Below, in pieces: positions 27,878-42,050 of a stretch of DNA of 64,000 nt; within the stretch, counting starts at the first letter, position 1; each line of letters opens with the position of its first letter. The stretch spans positions 46,996,001 to 47,060,000 of the forward strand of contig OX597824.1 of assembly GCA_951406725.2 (NCBI GenBank). The letters are read 5' to 3'. The stretch is from Octopus vulgaris. Lineage: Eukaryota. The notes beneath the pieces were generated by a model. The model saw nothing but the letters and a program-made list of their open reading frames with translations, did no database searches and was not told the origin of the DNA. A program made the position numbers and the translations under genes.

Positions 27878-28151
27878 ATAATATAAGGGATATTAGCCAA
27901 TTGAATATGGCTAGGGACAGGGCAGGGTGGTGGGGGTGTCACTGTTGCATTTAGCCCCAGGCGAACATCAACGTCACCAGATAGGCCGACACCATCACGG
28001 CGTCCTCTATCTTGCAAGATAGAGGACCCCGTGATGGTGTCGGCCTATCTGGTGACGTTGATGTTCGCCTGGGGCTAAATGCAACAGTGACACCCCCACC
28101 ACCCTGCCCTGTCCCTAGCCATATTCAATTGGCTAATATCCCTTATATTAT
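27878..28151. repeat. Near-perfect 274-bp palindrome (137-bp arms, no spacer, 1 mismatch)
   Basis: Centre cttg|caag at 28014/28015; mirror-image ORFs on both strands in the ORF track. Confidence 0.95.
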
Positions 28152-29485
28152 ATATATATATATACACCCACGACAGTGGGTGAATATATTCTTAAGATCA
28201 CCTTTTAATTACTCGCAAACGTCATCACAAATTCAGTTCTCAATGAATGATGATCCAATCCTAAGTTACATTTTGAGATAAACTAATTGAAATTTGGTTC
28301 ATTAAAAAAAAGTAAGGTCAAAATATGTAAGGTTAAAAATGGGAGAGTTAGGCGAAAAATTGACTTTGAACCAAAATATCTCAATTATTTATTTTTTTTT
28401 TAAATATCGATTAATTGGGTTTAAAAGAATGTGCTCATTGAGAAGAATGTTTTGGTAAAAATCTAGTTAAAAAGTATTAGCTACGAAAAAGTATAACTTT
28501 AAGTAAAGAAAAACATGGTAACCCCCAAAATTGATTTTGAATCAAAGTATCTCAGCTATTGTAAAAGAAAACTTTACAGTAGTTGTGTTCAAATAAAAGA
28601 GCTCTATGAGATAAATCCAATGATGAAAACTTCGTCAAAATATATTTGCTACAAAAAATGTGGTGTGACATGAAGTGACGTAAAAAGGTGATTATTTTAA
28701 TAAATTGAAATATTTTTGTCGTTAAGATATTTGGTATTATAAAAATATACAATATTTGATATCATAGGTTGCTTAGCTTAATGGTACAGAGCACTGTACG
28801 GTGCTTGATGCTCTGTAGTGGCTTGTTTAGCCAGTTTTTTTCTGTTTTCTAAGGGTATTTAGCCGATCTGAGCTGTCTTAACAGCTATTCCTCTTTCGAG
28901 ATTTACTGCAGATGAAAGACCTAGGAGAAGAATCTCATGGTGAAGAGCTTGCAAAAAATATTAGCTACAAAAAAGGTTGTGTGATTTTAAGTGACGAAAA
29001 CAAAGTGATAATTTTAAGAAATCAAGATATTTTTTCTCTTATTAAGAGTAAAATATCATTTCAACTCCAATAAAAGAGTTCATCGAGACGAATATTTTGG
29101 AGAAAACCCCGTCTAAAAATAGTCAGCATTAAAATAGTTATGATTTTTTGCAATTTCATATTAATAATTTATTATTTTGTTTATGTATTAAAATATGTAC
29201 ATATTAAAAACATCTTTAAAAAATTCACTCATTAAAAATGAATTATTAGTTATTTATTTAATTAGAATATAACGTTATTTTATAATAAAAATTGTTTAAA
29301 ATTATATCTATTTGTAACAGTTATGCTGCTGTTTATTAATCCTTTGTTATTTTTAGGTGCAAACAATATTTCTAAGTTTGAACAAAATCTTTATTTAAAA
29401 AATATTTACAATAGTATCATTTTTTCAATTATAAAGGTAAATGTAATTAATTATAATAATAGAAGCATTGCCTGGGAAAAAGTGG

Positions 29486-30383
29486 ACTAGAATGAAAAAT
29501 GCGGGCGCAGAATCCTAGAATATTTTTAAGTATTGAACCTGGAAAAGTACAGAACAAGCAGCAATTAAGCTTGGACAAGAAGAAAAAATTAATATATTAC
29601 TGCAGAAGTTAGAATTTGCTAAATAAATTTCTGAAATTGTTCACCAAATATGTGTGCACTGTTTTGTTTTTTAATTTTTTTCTTTATGCTTTTTATTGCA
29701 ATTTTTTCAATTTAAGTTAATATTATTGATTTAAAAGTTCCATTGTATTATGGTAAAACAATTCTGTCTTATTCTTAGTATTATTGTTTTTTAATTTTAT
29801 TTTATTAACAAAACTCATAATCTGAAAATTTCAAATCACAGATATTGTGTTATAAAATTAAATATATATTTAATATATTTAATTCAAAAGAGTAAAAAAT
29901 AGTAAAAAAGAATTTTAATGAAACAAAAGAATTAATTTCTTTAATGTTTGCATTATCAGATAACAAAGACATTTCTATTTACAGTTAGCAGAATATTTTT
30001 TCAAAATGAAAGCTAATGAATAAATTGAGTGCAAAATGTAGGAATGACTCTCTAGCTTTTTAAAAAACTTAGGCGTTATAGCTGTCAATTTTGCTTAAAT
30101 TGTTACTATGTGATTTTTTTAAATATATACATCTGTAATATCGAGTTTTTAATGTGTAAACTTGCAAGCAATAAGTCTTTTCACTAAAATTGAAAATAAA
30201 TACCTTCTTGGGTATTTTCATTTAAACTTTTGAGTAAAAATATAAATATAAAAGGGCAGGCATTACTATTCTAGTTTTTAAATTCTAACTTCAGCAGCAA
30301 CATTTTAAATTTTTTCTTTTGTACTTTTCCAGGTTCAATACTTAAGAATATTCTAGGATTCTGCACCCACATTTTTCATTCTA

Positions 30384-30385
<2 letters not shown>
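29486..30385. mobile_element. ~900-bp non-autonomous element with long terminal inverted repeats
   Basis: actagaatgaaaaatgcgggcgcagaatcctagaatat..aagtattgaacctggaaaagtac is inverted at 30320-30385. Confidence 0.7.
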
Positions 30386-30429
<44 letters not shown>

Positions 30430-30806
30430 ATTGGCGTAACACGGACAAAACAGGCAGTCAGCAGGAAGAAGCAGAATGATTTTATAGAAGATGCTTCTTA
30501 CAATATCAGCTGCAGTATACCACTTCCTATGAACGTATTTTAATGCAAAATAAGATTGTACCCAGTGTCTTTATTTATTACCAGCGCTCATTAGACAATG
30601 AGTCACATCAATAATTGGTATGGTTTGCCTCTTCTGTTAGATGCCTTTAGTGACACAGAAAAAAGCTAAACATTTTATTTTACGTATCTGTTTCGTGTCT
30701 ATCGCGGAAAAATTGATATATGATATTCTTACGCCGTCTTTTTTCCTTTATGTCAAAAGAAGCGTCTTCAGCTTCATATTGGATTCGTGTAAAACTTTTC
30801 TTTCAG

Positions 30807-30974
30807 AAACTACAGCAAAAAAGAAAGAAATGACCGTAATATGCCGTTACCAAGGACATCTATACATATTTGGGCAGGTATTCATGACTAGAGATAAATG
30901 TAATAAGTGCAGTTGCAAGTCCAAAGGAAAAGTAAAGTGCACTGAAAAGAAATGTACCTCCGCAACAATCCCAG
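30807..30974 (+). CDS. Cys-domain exon 11 (ETTAKKKEMTVICRYQGHLYIFGQVFMTRDKCNKCSCKSKGKVKCTEKKCTSATIP)
   Basis: ctttcag| ... ccag|gtaatt; 168 nt. Confidence 0.85.
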
Positions 30975-32210
30975 GTAATTCTAAAAGATGTTTTTTTTAG
31001 ACAGATGTATTAAATATTGTATCACCATTTTATATGTCAAAATGTCTATTGTTTAAGTCGAAATTAAATTGACCTGTTTTATTTTATATCACACTTTCAA
31101 TTTTAAAATAGACACAAGACTATGATGCCGATAGTGGACAGTAATATAGATTATAAAACTGCCGTCTTTTCAGGTTCTTCAGTGATATAAGTTTTATTAT
31201 AAGGGTACAGCCTAACCTTTAAATCTTATGTTTGTCATTGTCTTACATTCTTTACATTATTATAAACCTGATACACGGTTTTGGAGAAAAATATTGGGAT
31301 TGGAATGGTGGTTTTCTGAGTCAGACAGTAATGTTTCGAAACCAATATAAAGAAAACGGAAATCATAGATTATCTAACAACATCGAATTTAATATATGGT
31401 TAATTTTTCAATGATTTGTGTTTTCATAATTTATTGTACTCTTGGGATACGAGCTTACTCAAAGCCTCCTTCTAAATGTCATGTCAATCTTTAACATGAT
31501 GGTTTCACAATGTTGATAAAATGAAACTGTTTAAGGATTCCAGTATTGTGTGCAGAGTTAAATGCTTTTGGTATTGTCTGTAGTATTTATGTGAAGTATA
31601 ATACAACAAACTTATTCTGGAGATATGGTAGGTAACATTTGTTTTCTTCGTTGCTCTCGATAGAAAACTATAAATTGCATCGGTAGAATGGCAAATATAT
31701 TTCTGAGTGTCCAGCATCTTAAAAATAAAATCCTTCTCAACAGTTTCAGGACATTGAATAAATGAGAGATACCTTTCCTCATCTGTAGTCACTATGTCCA
31801 TTTATACCCTGAAAAACAAAATTGGATGGAATTGCGAGTTGCCACATAAAATTACTTTCCTTTGAAACAATATTTTGCAAATATGAACTCAATACCAATA
31901 ACTTAGTAGTTTTTCAATATTTTAACACACTTCTTTCAACTTAAGGTTTTTGTTTTAGAAAAGTAAATAAATACAAAATAGCTGTAACATAAATGACATT
32001 GCTGTAATTATCGAAAAGTAAGAATATATTGTAAATCTAAGAAACAATTCTTTGAATATTTATCAAATGACACTAGATCTATATTTGGAATTCACCACTT
32101 CCCCTGCATGCATTTAAATATAGTCAGAGTCTTCACCTACGAGATGTGCTCTCCAGACGTCGCGTCTAATTGGCCATTTATTTGTTGTCTTTTTACTACG
32201 AAGCCTAGGG

Positions 32211-34541
32211 CAGAGATAAGGAAACTTTTCACGCTGGAAGGCCACGTTAAGTTAGTTGTAATCTAATAAAGCCGCATTCAAAAAACTTCAATTAGATATT
32301 CTTCAAAAAATATCATTCCTGTGTGTTAGTTAACTTCAAAAAAGGAAAACCATTTGTTAATTCTAAAGTTAACTAACATTTTAATGAGTCCGCTGTGACA
32401 GCTTTTTGTAAGAAAATATTTGAATGTTTGGTTGTAGCATGGAGGTCTGCTGTTTCAGCTGATGGGTATCCGTCATTTATGACCTGAAGGGCGTCTTTAT
32501 TTTGGTTAGGTAGTAGAATGTAGATTCTCAGCAATAAGTGATTGAAAAGCAGGAACGAAATTATCGTGCATGTTGGCGAAGGTATGGATATTCTATTGCA
32601 TTTTCCATATTTCAATCGGATCTTTCTTAATGTCAAATAAGGACACTAAAATATGATCTTTTCCTACCTCAATCAATTCCATCTGTAGTTCTTTAAGAAC
32701 CTAGATGAGGTTGAAATACTAATTTGAGTGTGATATCATGATTCTCAAAGTCAGTGAACCTTACGTTGTAGTCTTCAATCAAAAGTCTATAACAGCTGCA
32801 TGTTCTTCAAATGACTTGCAGGAGTCCTCCTGTTCATCAATGACCTTTCCTAACTAGGAAAAATGTTCATCGAAAATTTCCTTTTGAAGAATTTTTGAAA
32901 AAAGATAACATTTTCGAACTAAATTTTTTGCCACATATATATATATAGACTGAGTTTTATCTTGCAAAGAAATATTCGAATGATTTTGCTTTGACATGAT
33001 ATCACACAGTAATGTAACATTTCTGTAGAAATCTTCTTTCAATAATTGATTGCTGATTCCGTTCTTCATAAAATTTGATTACCTGTTCTCACAATTTTTG
33101 CTAACATCTGTCCCTGCGATAGCCAACGCACTTTAGAATGGTACGGTACATCCACACTGAATCAAACAACTTTAGCATGTTACGAAACTGGCGATGCCGT
33201 GTTGCATTTTCACGAATATAGTTAACAATATTTATAACTTGTTGCAAAGTGTCACTTAAAATAGATTTGGCAGAGATTTTGCAGATGTAAGATACAATGA
33301 AAAGAAATGGTAACATCTGGGTCGGATAATACATTTTTATCCATGCAATAAACACTTTATGTTTTCCTGTCATTGAAGCTGCACCGTCTGTTCATACACT
33401 CAGTAAAGTAATCAAATTCAGTCCAATTTCACGAGATCTATCTTGAAAGTTTGTGAAGATATCTATCCCTCATGTTCTACACGTAAGAGTGCCGAAAGCC
33501 AGTAACTCCTCGTAACAAATAAAAACTTCTGTTATGGCCCAAATGAAGTATAGAACCTGCAGTTGATTCATCCAAAGTGCTTGAATAATATAGGTTTTCC
33601 TTTATAAGGCTGTTCTGTTACGTTGAAAGCTAATTCATGCTACTGATCAGCTATGGTTCTCCTTGAAAGAGGTAGTTGTTTGTACTTTGAAACCTTATCG
33701 GGGCCTAAGCATCCTACAACTTCGACAATGCATTCTTTTACGATTTCCACATCGCTGAATGGCTTTTCTTTACCTGAGTATATAAGCTACTTTATAAGTT
33801 GCTTCAGTGGCATTATTTCCGAGCTTTGCCACTGCTTGAAATAACTTCTGCAATGCGACCTTTCGCAGTCCTTTTAATTTGAAATATTAGTGGTTCTCAT
33901 GAGTGGCATAACGCTGATGAGCATTGAATTTCTTCAATGTTGATATCGCAGTATCACAAAGCAAGCAAATCAATTTATCTTTGGCAGACTTATCTTTAAT
34001 AATATTGCAGTTCCCAATCCTCATTAAACCTGTTTTCTTCCCCCGGAGTTCTCTTGCTCTTCTTTGATAGGATGAACTGTTAAGCAGAAAGAAAATAAGA
34101 AAAAAACATACGTGGATACGGTCAAGCTGTGAAACTATTCTCAAATTCCACTTCAAATGGAAAGCCACGTGCAAGTGCTGGATGGCCACGGACTAGCCAG
34201 CCCCGGGCAGTAACGGCGCCAATCAGGCCATTCTAGAATTAACGTACATTCTAGAGTTGCATTAGAATTAAATCATGAGTGTAGCAGGTGTCGAAATTGC
34301 CCTTATAATATATTAAGATTGTAATTGTGACGATTAGTTGGAGGGGATTATTTCGCTGAATTTTCTTTTACTCTTTGGTATGTTAAATACGTTTAAATAC
34401 GTTCATTTTAAGGTTAAAATAAAAATTATAAAATACGAATAAACACATATTAATAAACATGAAAGACTTGTTATGAAGAATTTGAGTTCATTCAAAAGGC
34501 CACACTTAATGGCCTAGAAGGTCGCTGGTTCCTCACCCCTG
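32211..34541 (-). mobile_element. hAT (Buster/SPIN, GTF2IRD2-like) transposon, near full length, decayed
   Basis: TIRs cagagataaggaaac and gttcctcacccctg; 8-bp TSD gcctaggg/gcctagaa with central TA; remnants ICLLC.., VINIVNYIRENATRHRQFRNML. Confidence 0.8.
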
Positions 34542-34742
34542 GCCTAGAAGATTGGGGGCTAAAATAACCAATTGTCTTTGTGTGTTTGTCATTTGGCGCG
34601 ATCTCAGAAATATCCTTTATATGATCATCTTTCATCGATAAATTTCCATATATCATATTTATTGTGAGCTTACTGAATAAAATCCATGGAGGAGACATCT
34701 CGGATTTCATGCTGAACTATTATTGTAAAGCTTATCTTTCAG

Positions 34743-34910
34743 AAACTACAACACAGAAGAAAGAAAGTTCCGAAAAATGCTACTACGATGGGGAAATATA
34801 CATACTTGGGCAGGTATTCATGGCTAAAGATCAATGTAATCAGTGCGGTTGCAAGACTAAAGGAAAAGTAGAGTGTACACTAAAGAAATGTCCTCCCCCA
34901 ACAACTCCAG
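34743..34910 (+). CDS. Cys-domain exon 12 (ETTTQKKESSEKCYYDGEIYILGQVFMAKDQCNQCGCKTKGKVECTLKKCPPPTTP)
   Basis: ctttcag| ... ccag|gtaatc; 168 nt. Confidence 0.85.
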
Positions 34911-36562
34911 GTAATCTTGAAAGATGTTTTTGAAGCAGGAAGTACTGAACAGTAAAGGTTAAACTTCATCACCAAAACTTTTACTGTTCACGTTTAAATG
35001 AAATTAGCCTATTTTTCATATTGTACCTCAATTCTGAAATAGATAGTAAAGTGTGATATCACTAGTGGAACACCCGATATAGGTTATAAAACTGCCCTGT
35101 CTTCTGTAATATGAATTTTTATTACAACAGTATTTAAAGAACTTAAGAATATTATAGCTATCTCGTTTTACTTTCTTAGCATTATAACAAATCTAATACA
35201 AGATTTTCAAGAGTATTGTTGGGATTGGAATATAAGTGTTGCTTAACGAGACAATAGTTTGAAATCTAAATTAAGAAAATTGGAGTTAGAATTGAAACTA
35301 TAATTTCAAACATATAATTCAACATATGTTTTGATTTAGTTTTTAATGATTTGGGTTTCCGTAATTCATTGTACCCTTGAGATACATTTCTTAACCCCTC
35401 TTCTGAATGTAAATTTTTAACATAATGGTCACGCAATATTGTTGAAGTGAACCTGTCGATATATTCTATTACTGTGTGCACTATTAAACGCTTTTGACAT
35501 TGCCTTGTAGACGTTTTTCTGGAATATTGTATAACCATGATATTCTACAGAAATGATAGCATTTGCTTTTTTCTCGCCTATGACAAAAAAAACAACCAAT
35601 CATATTGTTAGAAGAACAAATATATTTTAGAGTGCCCAAGATCTCTAACATCCTCTCTTAACAATTTTAGGATAGTAAATAAATTAAAGATACTTTTCCT
35701 CATCCTATTATCAAATGCTTTTAGTATTGTCTGTAAATGCTTATCTATAGTATTAGATAATCATGATATTCTAAAGCCATAATAGCATAAGTCTTTCTTC
35801 ATTGCACACGACAGAAAACTACAATTCACATCGGTAGAATGGCAAATACATTTTAAAGTGTCCAAATTCTCCCAAATCTAGTCGTTCTTTACAGTTTGAG
35901 AATATTAAATAAACTAGAGATTACTTACCTCGTCCATAGTTACGATGTCCATTTATTGCAAATAAAATTTGCGATAGAATGGTGAATTGGCACGTAAATT
36001 CACCATCCTTTTGAAATAACAAAAATCCTGCAAATAATATAAACTTAACACCTATGACTTCAAAATGTTTTGCAATCACCTATTTCAACTTTAAAATATA
36101 CTTTTTGGAATAATTTTCAAATTCACTATAACGTTCTAGCATTATTGAAAGTATCAAAGTATAAGAATGAATCGTAAAATTTAAGAATGTTGTTTTGAAC
36201 ATTGACCAAATAACATTAACTCCATGTTTGGAATTCACAAGAACTTGTTAATAGATTTCAATACATAATATGAACTTTGCCGACAGTGTCCTCACATACG
36301 AGTCGTGCCCTTCGGAGACGAAGTCGAATTAAGCATTTATATGTTATATCTTTTCTGCTACATGGCATTCGAGAATGGACGAATTGAGATAACCAATTCA
36401 ATTTGTGTGTTTGTAATTTGTCTCAATTTCGGAAATATTTTCCTATGTTCAGCTTCCACGATTAATCATCATATTTCATACTCATATTGTGTATAGCTAC
36501 TGAAAATCTCTAACAGAGTCGTTTGCAAATTCATTTTGGAGTCGTGTAAACTTTTCTTTCAG

Positions 36563-36712
36563 CAACTACAACTGTAGAATGCCGGTACGAAAAACAAGTA
36601 TACATGTTGGGAGACATATTCATAGCCGTAGATAAATGTAATAAGTGCAGTTGCAAAGCCAAAGGAAAAGTGGAATGCACAAAACTGAAATGTTCTCTCT
36701 CAACAACTACAG
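36563..36712 (+). CDS. Cys-domain exon 13 (ATTTVECRYEKQVYMLGDIFIAVDKCNKCSCKAKGKVECTKLKCSLSTTT)
   Basis: ctttcag| ... acag|gtaaca; 150 nt. Confidence 0.85.
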
Positions 36713-37811
36713 GTAACAATAAAAGTTATTTGATTATAATGAGACATATCACTTTAAAATCTTATGCTCATCATTGCCTTAATTTGCTTACAATACAACG
36801 AATGGGATATACAATTTTGGAGAATGATAATGGGACTGACACTGAGGATTTGTAAGCCAGATAATAATCATTCGAAACCAATATAAAGAAGATGGAAGGC
36901 ATCAGTGATCTTACAACTTCAAGCATCTAATTTAATGTATAATATATTTTTATTTCTTAATGACTTGGTTTTCGTAATTCATAGTACACTTCAGATACTA
37001 GTCAATACCTCTTTGTAAATATCACCTCATCTCAAACATGAACGTTAAAATATATCTTTTAACAGATCCCATTATCGTATATTTTATTAAATTCTTTTGG
37101 TATTGTCTGCAGATGTTTATCTGAAGTATTAGATAATCATGACACTATTAAGCCATAATAGTATGTATTTCTTTGTTGCTCATCAGTAGAATGGCTTTAT
37201 AGCGTCCAGGATCTCCAAAATCTTCTCTTTTCCTACAGTTTGATAATATTAAATAAACTAGAAACTACTTACTTCGTCCACAGTTACGATGAACACCAAC
37301 GATAAGTAGGAGTCCAAGATTTTAGCACTCACTACATTCAGTTTTGAAATATTTATGTTTGAATAAATGCGAAATAAGCTGTAACATAAGTGACATTTTT
37401 GAAATTATTGAAAAATAAGACTGACTTGGAAATTCGAGAGAAGAGATCTTTTTTTTTTGTATATGTTTATCTTAGAAATATTTGTTCTCGATATTGAATT
37501 CCCTAATAATGTATTTCAATGCGTAACCCTCACTATGTCGTCTATGTCATCAGGAAGAAGACTAGCTTCGAGAGCATCTCGTTAAATTAACTATTTACGT
37601 GTCTCTTCTGCTACATGGTATTTGGAATGTAGGACCAAAGTAAGCAATAAGTACATACTTCGTGTGTATTAATCTAGGAAATGATTTCATATACGATCAT
37701 CTTTCATCGATAAAATTTAATATATCATTAATACATTATAACTTACTAATCAACTTGTTGGAGTGGATGTCTTTATTTTCCTATCGAATTCGTTTAAAAC
37801 TTATCTTTTAG

Positions 37812-37979
37812 AAACTACACTAAAGAAGATCGAGACTTTATTTAAATGCTTCTACAATGGACAAGTGCACACATTTGGGGAAGTATTCATAGCCGTAGAT
37901 AAATGTAATAAGTGCAGCTGCAAAGCCAAAGGAAAAGTAGAATGTACAAAATTGGAATGTTCTCTCTCAACACATCCAG
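37812..37979 (+). CDS. Cys-domain exon 14 (ETTLKKIETLFKCFYNGQVHTFGEVFIAVDKCNKCSCKAKGKVECTKLECSLSTHP)
   Basis: cttttag| ... ccag|gtaaaa; 168 nt. Confidence 0.85.
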
Positions 37980-39086
37980 GTAAAAATAAAATTTGTTTGA
38001 TTATAATGAGGCATATCAATTTAAAATCTTATGCCTATTATTACCTAAATTTCCTTACAACATAACGAATGGGATATACAATTTTGGAGAATGATAATGG
38101 GATTGTCACTGAGGATTTGTAAGCCAGATAATAATCATTCGAAACCAATATTAAGAAGATGGAAAGCATCAGTGACCTTACAACTAAAAACATTGAATTT
38201 AATGTATAATATATTTTTATTTCTTAATGACTTGGTTTTCGTAATTCATAGAACACTTCAGATACTAGTCAATGCCTCTTTGTAAATATCACCTCATCTC
38301 AAACATGAACGTTAAAATATATCTTTTAACAGATCCCATTATCGTATATTTTATCAAATTATTTTTGTATTGTCTGCAGATGTTTATTTGAAGTATTAGA
38401 TAATCATGACACTATAAAGCCATAATAGTATGTATTTCTTTGTTGCTCATCAGTAGAATGGCTTTATAGCGTCCAGGATCTCCAAAATCTTCTCTTTTCC
38501 TACTGTTTGATAATATTAAATAAACTAGAAACTACTTACTTCGTCCACAGTTACGATGAACACCAACGATAAGTAGGAGTCCAAGATTTTAGCACTCACT
38601 ACATTCAGTTTTGAAATATTTAAGTTTGAATAAATTCGAAATAAACTGTAACATAAGTGACATTTTTGAAATTATTGAAAAATAAGACTGACTTGGAAAT
38701 TCGAGAGAAGAGATCATTTTTTTTGTATATGTTTATCTTAGAAATATTTGTTCTCGATATTGATTTCCCTAATAATGTATTTCAATGCGTAACCCTCACT
38801 ATGTAGTCTATGTCATCAGGAAGAAGACTAGCTTCGAGAGCATCTCGTTAAATTAACTATTTACGTGTCTCTTCTGCTACATGGTATTTGGAATGTAGGA
38901 CCAAAGTAAGCAATAAGTACATACTTCGTGTGTATTAATCTAGGAAATGATTTCATATACGATCATCTTTCATCGATAAATTTTCATATATCATTAATAC
39001 ATTGTAACTTACTAATCAACTTGTTGGAGTCTTTATAATAAATGTCTTTATTTTCCTATCGAATTCGTATACAACTTATCTTTTAG

Positions 39087-39254
39087 AAATTACACTAAAG
39101 AAGATCGAGGCTTTAATTAAATGCTACTACAATGGAGAAATACACATACTTGGTGAAGTATTCGTAGCCGTAGATAAATGTAATAAGTGCAGTTGCAAAG
39201 ACCAAGGAGAAATAGACTGCTCAAAATTGGAATGTTCTCCCTCAACAACTCCAG
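39087..39254 (+). CDS. Cys-domain exon 15 (EITLKKIEALIKCYYNGEIHILGEVFVAVDKCNKCSCKDQGEIDCSKLECSPSTTP)
   Basis: cttttag| ... ccag|gtaaca; 168 nt. Confidence 0.85.
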
Positions 39255-39654
39255 GTAACAATAAAAGTTGTTTGATTATAATGAGACATATCATTTTAAA
39301 ATCTTATGCCTATCATTGCCTTAATTTGCTTACAATACAACGAATGGGATATACGATTTGGGAGAATGATAATGGGATTGACACTGAGGATTTGTAAGCC
39401 AGATAATAATCATTCGAAACCAATATTAAGATGGAAAGCATCAGTGACCTTACAACTAAAAACATTGAATTTAATGTGTAATATATTTTTATTTCTTAAT
39501 GACTTGGCTTTTCGTAATTCATCGTACACTTCAGATACTAGTCAATACCTCTTTGTAAATATCACCTCATCTCAAACATGAACGTTAAGATGTATCTTTT
39601 AATGGATCCCATTATCGCATATTTTATCAAATTCTTTTGGTATTGTCTGTAGAT

Positions 39655-39889
39655 AGGGCGGCGAGCTGGCAGAAACGTTAGAACGCTGGGCGAAATGCTT
39701 AGCAGGACTTCGTCTGCCGCTACGTTCTGAGTTCACATAACGCCGAGGTCGACTTTGTCTTTCATCGTTTCGGTGTCGATTAAATAAGTACCATTTATGC
39801 ACTGGGGTCGATATAATCGACTTTATCCGTTTGTCTGTCCTTGTTTGTCCTCTCTGTGCCAAGCACCTTGTGGGTAGTAAAGGAATAGA
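39655..39889 (+). mobile_element. SINE family A with 14-bp TSD tattgtctgtagat
   Basis: TSD at 39641-39654 and 39890-39903; the site is empty in sister units. Confidence 0.9.
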
Positions 39890-40605
39890 TATTGTCTGTA
39901 GATGTTTATCTGAAGTATTAGATGATCATGACACTATAAAGCCATAATAGTATGTTTTTCTTTGTTGCTCATCAGTAGAATGGCACATAGGTTTTATAGC
40001 ATCCAGGATCTCCAAAATCTAGTGTTTCTCTACAGTTTGATAATATTAAATAAACTAGAAACTACTTACCTCGTCCACAGTTACGATGAACACCAACAAT
40101 AAGTAGGAGTCCAAGATTTTAGCACTTACTGCATTCACTTTTGAAATGTTCATGTTTGAATAAATTCGAAATAACCTGCAAGTTAAGTGACATTTTTGAA
40201 ATTATTAAAACATAAGACTGACATATAAATCAGAGTGAAGAAGTCTTATATATATATATTTATCTTAGAAATATTTATACTCGATATTGATTCCCCTAAT
40301 AATGTATTTCAATGCATAATCCTCACTGTGTCGTCTATGTCATCGGGAAGAAGACTAGCTTCGAGAGCATCTCGTTAAATTAACTATTTACGTGTCTCTT
40401 CTGCTACATGGTATTTGGAATGTAGGACCAAAGTAAGCAATAAGTACATACTTCGTGTGTATTAATCTAGGAAATGATTTCATATACGATCATCTTTCAT
40501 CGATAAATTTTCATATATCATTAATACATTGTAACTTACTAGTCAAATTTTTTGCAGTGGATGTCTTTATTTTCCTATCGAATTCGTGTAAAACTTATCT
40601 TTTAG

Positions 40606-40773
40606 AAACTACACTAAAGAAGATCGAGACTTTAATTAAATGCTACTACAATGGAGAAATTCATATAATTGGCGAAGTATTCATAGCCGTAGATAAATGT
40701 AATAAGTGCAGTTGCAAAGACAATGGAGAAGTAGACTGCACAGAAAAGAAATGTTCTCGTTCAACAGCTCCAG
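40606..40773 (+). CDS. Cys-domain exon 16 (ETTLKKIETLIKCYYNGEIHIIGEVFIAVDKCNKCSCKDNGEVDCTEKKCSRSTAP)
   Basis: cttttag| ... ccag|gtaaca; 168 nt. Confidence 0.85.
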
Positions 40774-41882
40774 GTAACAATAAAAGTTGTTTGATTATAA
40801 TGAGACATATCATTTTAAAATCTTATGCCTATCATTGCCTTAATTTGCTTACAATACAACGAATGGGATATACGATTTGGGAGAATGATAATGGGATTGA
40901 CACTGAGGATTTGTAAGCCAAATAATAATCATTCGAAACCAATATTGAGAAGATGGAAAGCATCAGTGACCTTACAATTTCAAGCATCGAATTTAATGTA
41001 CAATATATTTTTATTTCTTAATGACTTGGCTTTTCGTAATTCATAGTACACTTGAGACACTAGTCAATACCTCTTTGTAAATATCACCTCATCTCAAACA
41101 TGAACGTTAAAATGTATCTTTTAATAGATCCCATTATCTTATATTTTATTAAATTCTTTTGGTATTGTCTGCAGATATTTATCTGAAGTATTAGATAATC
41201 ATGACACTATAAAGCCATAATAGTATGTCTTTCTTTGTTGCTCATCAGTAGAATGGTAAATAGGTTTTATAGCGTCCAGGATCTCCAAAATCTAGTGTTT
41301 CTCTACAGTTTGATAATATTAAATAAACCAGAAACTACTTACCTCGTCCATAGTTACGATGGACACCAACGATAAGTAGGAGTCCAAGATTTTAGCACTC
41401 ACTACATTCAGTTTTGAAATATTTATGTTTGAATAAATTCGAAATAAGCTGTAACATAAGTGACATTTTTGAAATTATTGAAAAATAAGACTGACTTGTA
41501 AATTCGAGAGAAGAGATCTTTTTTTTTTGTATATGTTTATCTTAGAAATATTTGTTCTCGATATTGATTTCCCTAATAATGTATTTCAATGCATAATCCT
41601 CACTATGTCGTCTATGTCATCGGGAAGAAGACTAGCTTCGAGAGCATCTCATTAAATTAACTATTTATGTGTCTCTTCTGCTACATGGTATTTGGAATGT
41701 AGGACCAAAGTAAGCAATAAGTACATACTTCGTGTGTATTAATCTAGGAAATGATGTCATATACGATCATCTTTCATCGATAAATTTTCATATATCATTA
41801 ATACATTGTAACTTACTAATCAAACTTGTTGGAGTGGATGTCTTTATTTTCCTATCGAATTCGTATACAACTTATCTTTTAG

Positions 41883-42050
41883 AAATTACAGTAAGGAAGA
41901 TCGAGACTTTATTTAAATGCTACTACAATGGAGAAATACACATACTTGGCGAAGCATTCATAGCCGTAGATAAATGTAATAAGTGCAGTTGCAAAGTCAA
42001 AGGAAAGATAGAATGCACAAAACAGAAATGTTCTCCTTCAACAACTCCAG
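41883..42050 (+). CDS. Cys-domain exon 17 (EITVRKIETLFKCYYNGEIHILGEAFIAVDKCNKCSCKVKGKIECTKQKCSPSTTP)
   Basis: cttttag| ... ccag|gtaaca; 168 nt. Confidence 0.85.

Noticed and set aside
27724-28281. Two divergent ORFs with the same N-terminus (MQDRG..)
   Set aside because: They are mirror images produced by the palindrome; there is no evidence of coding.
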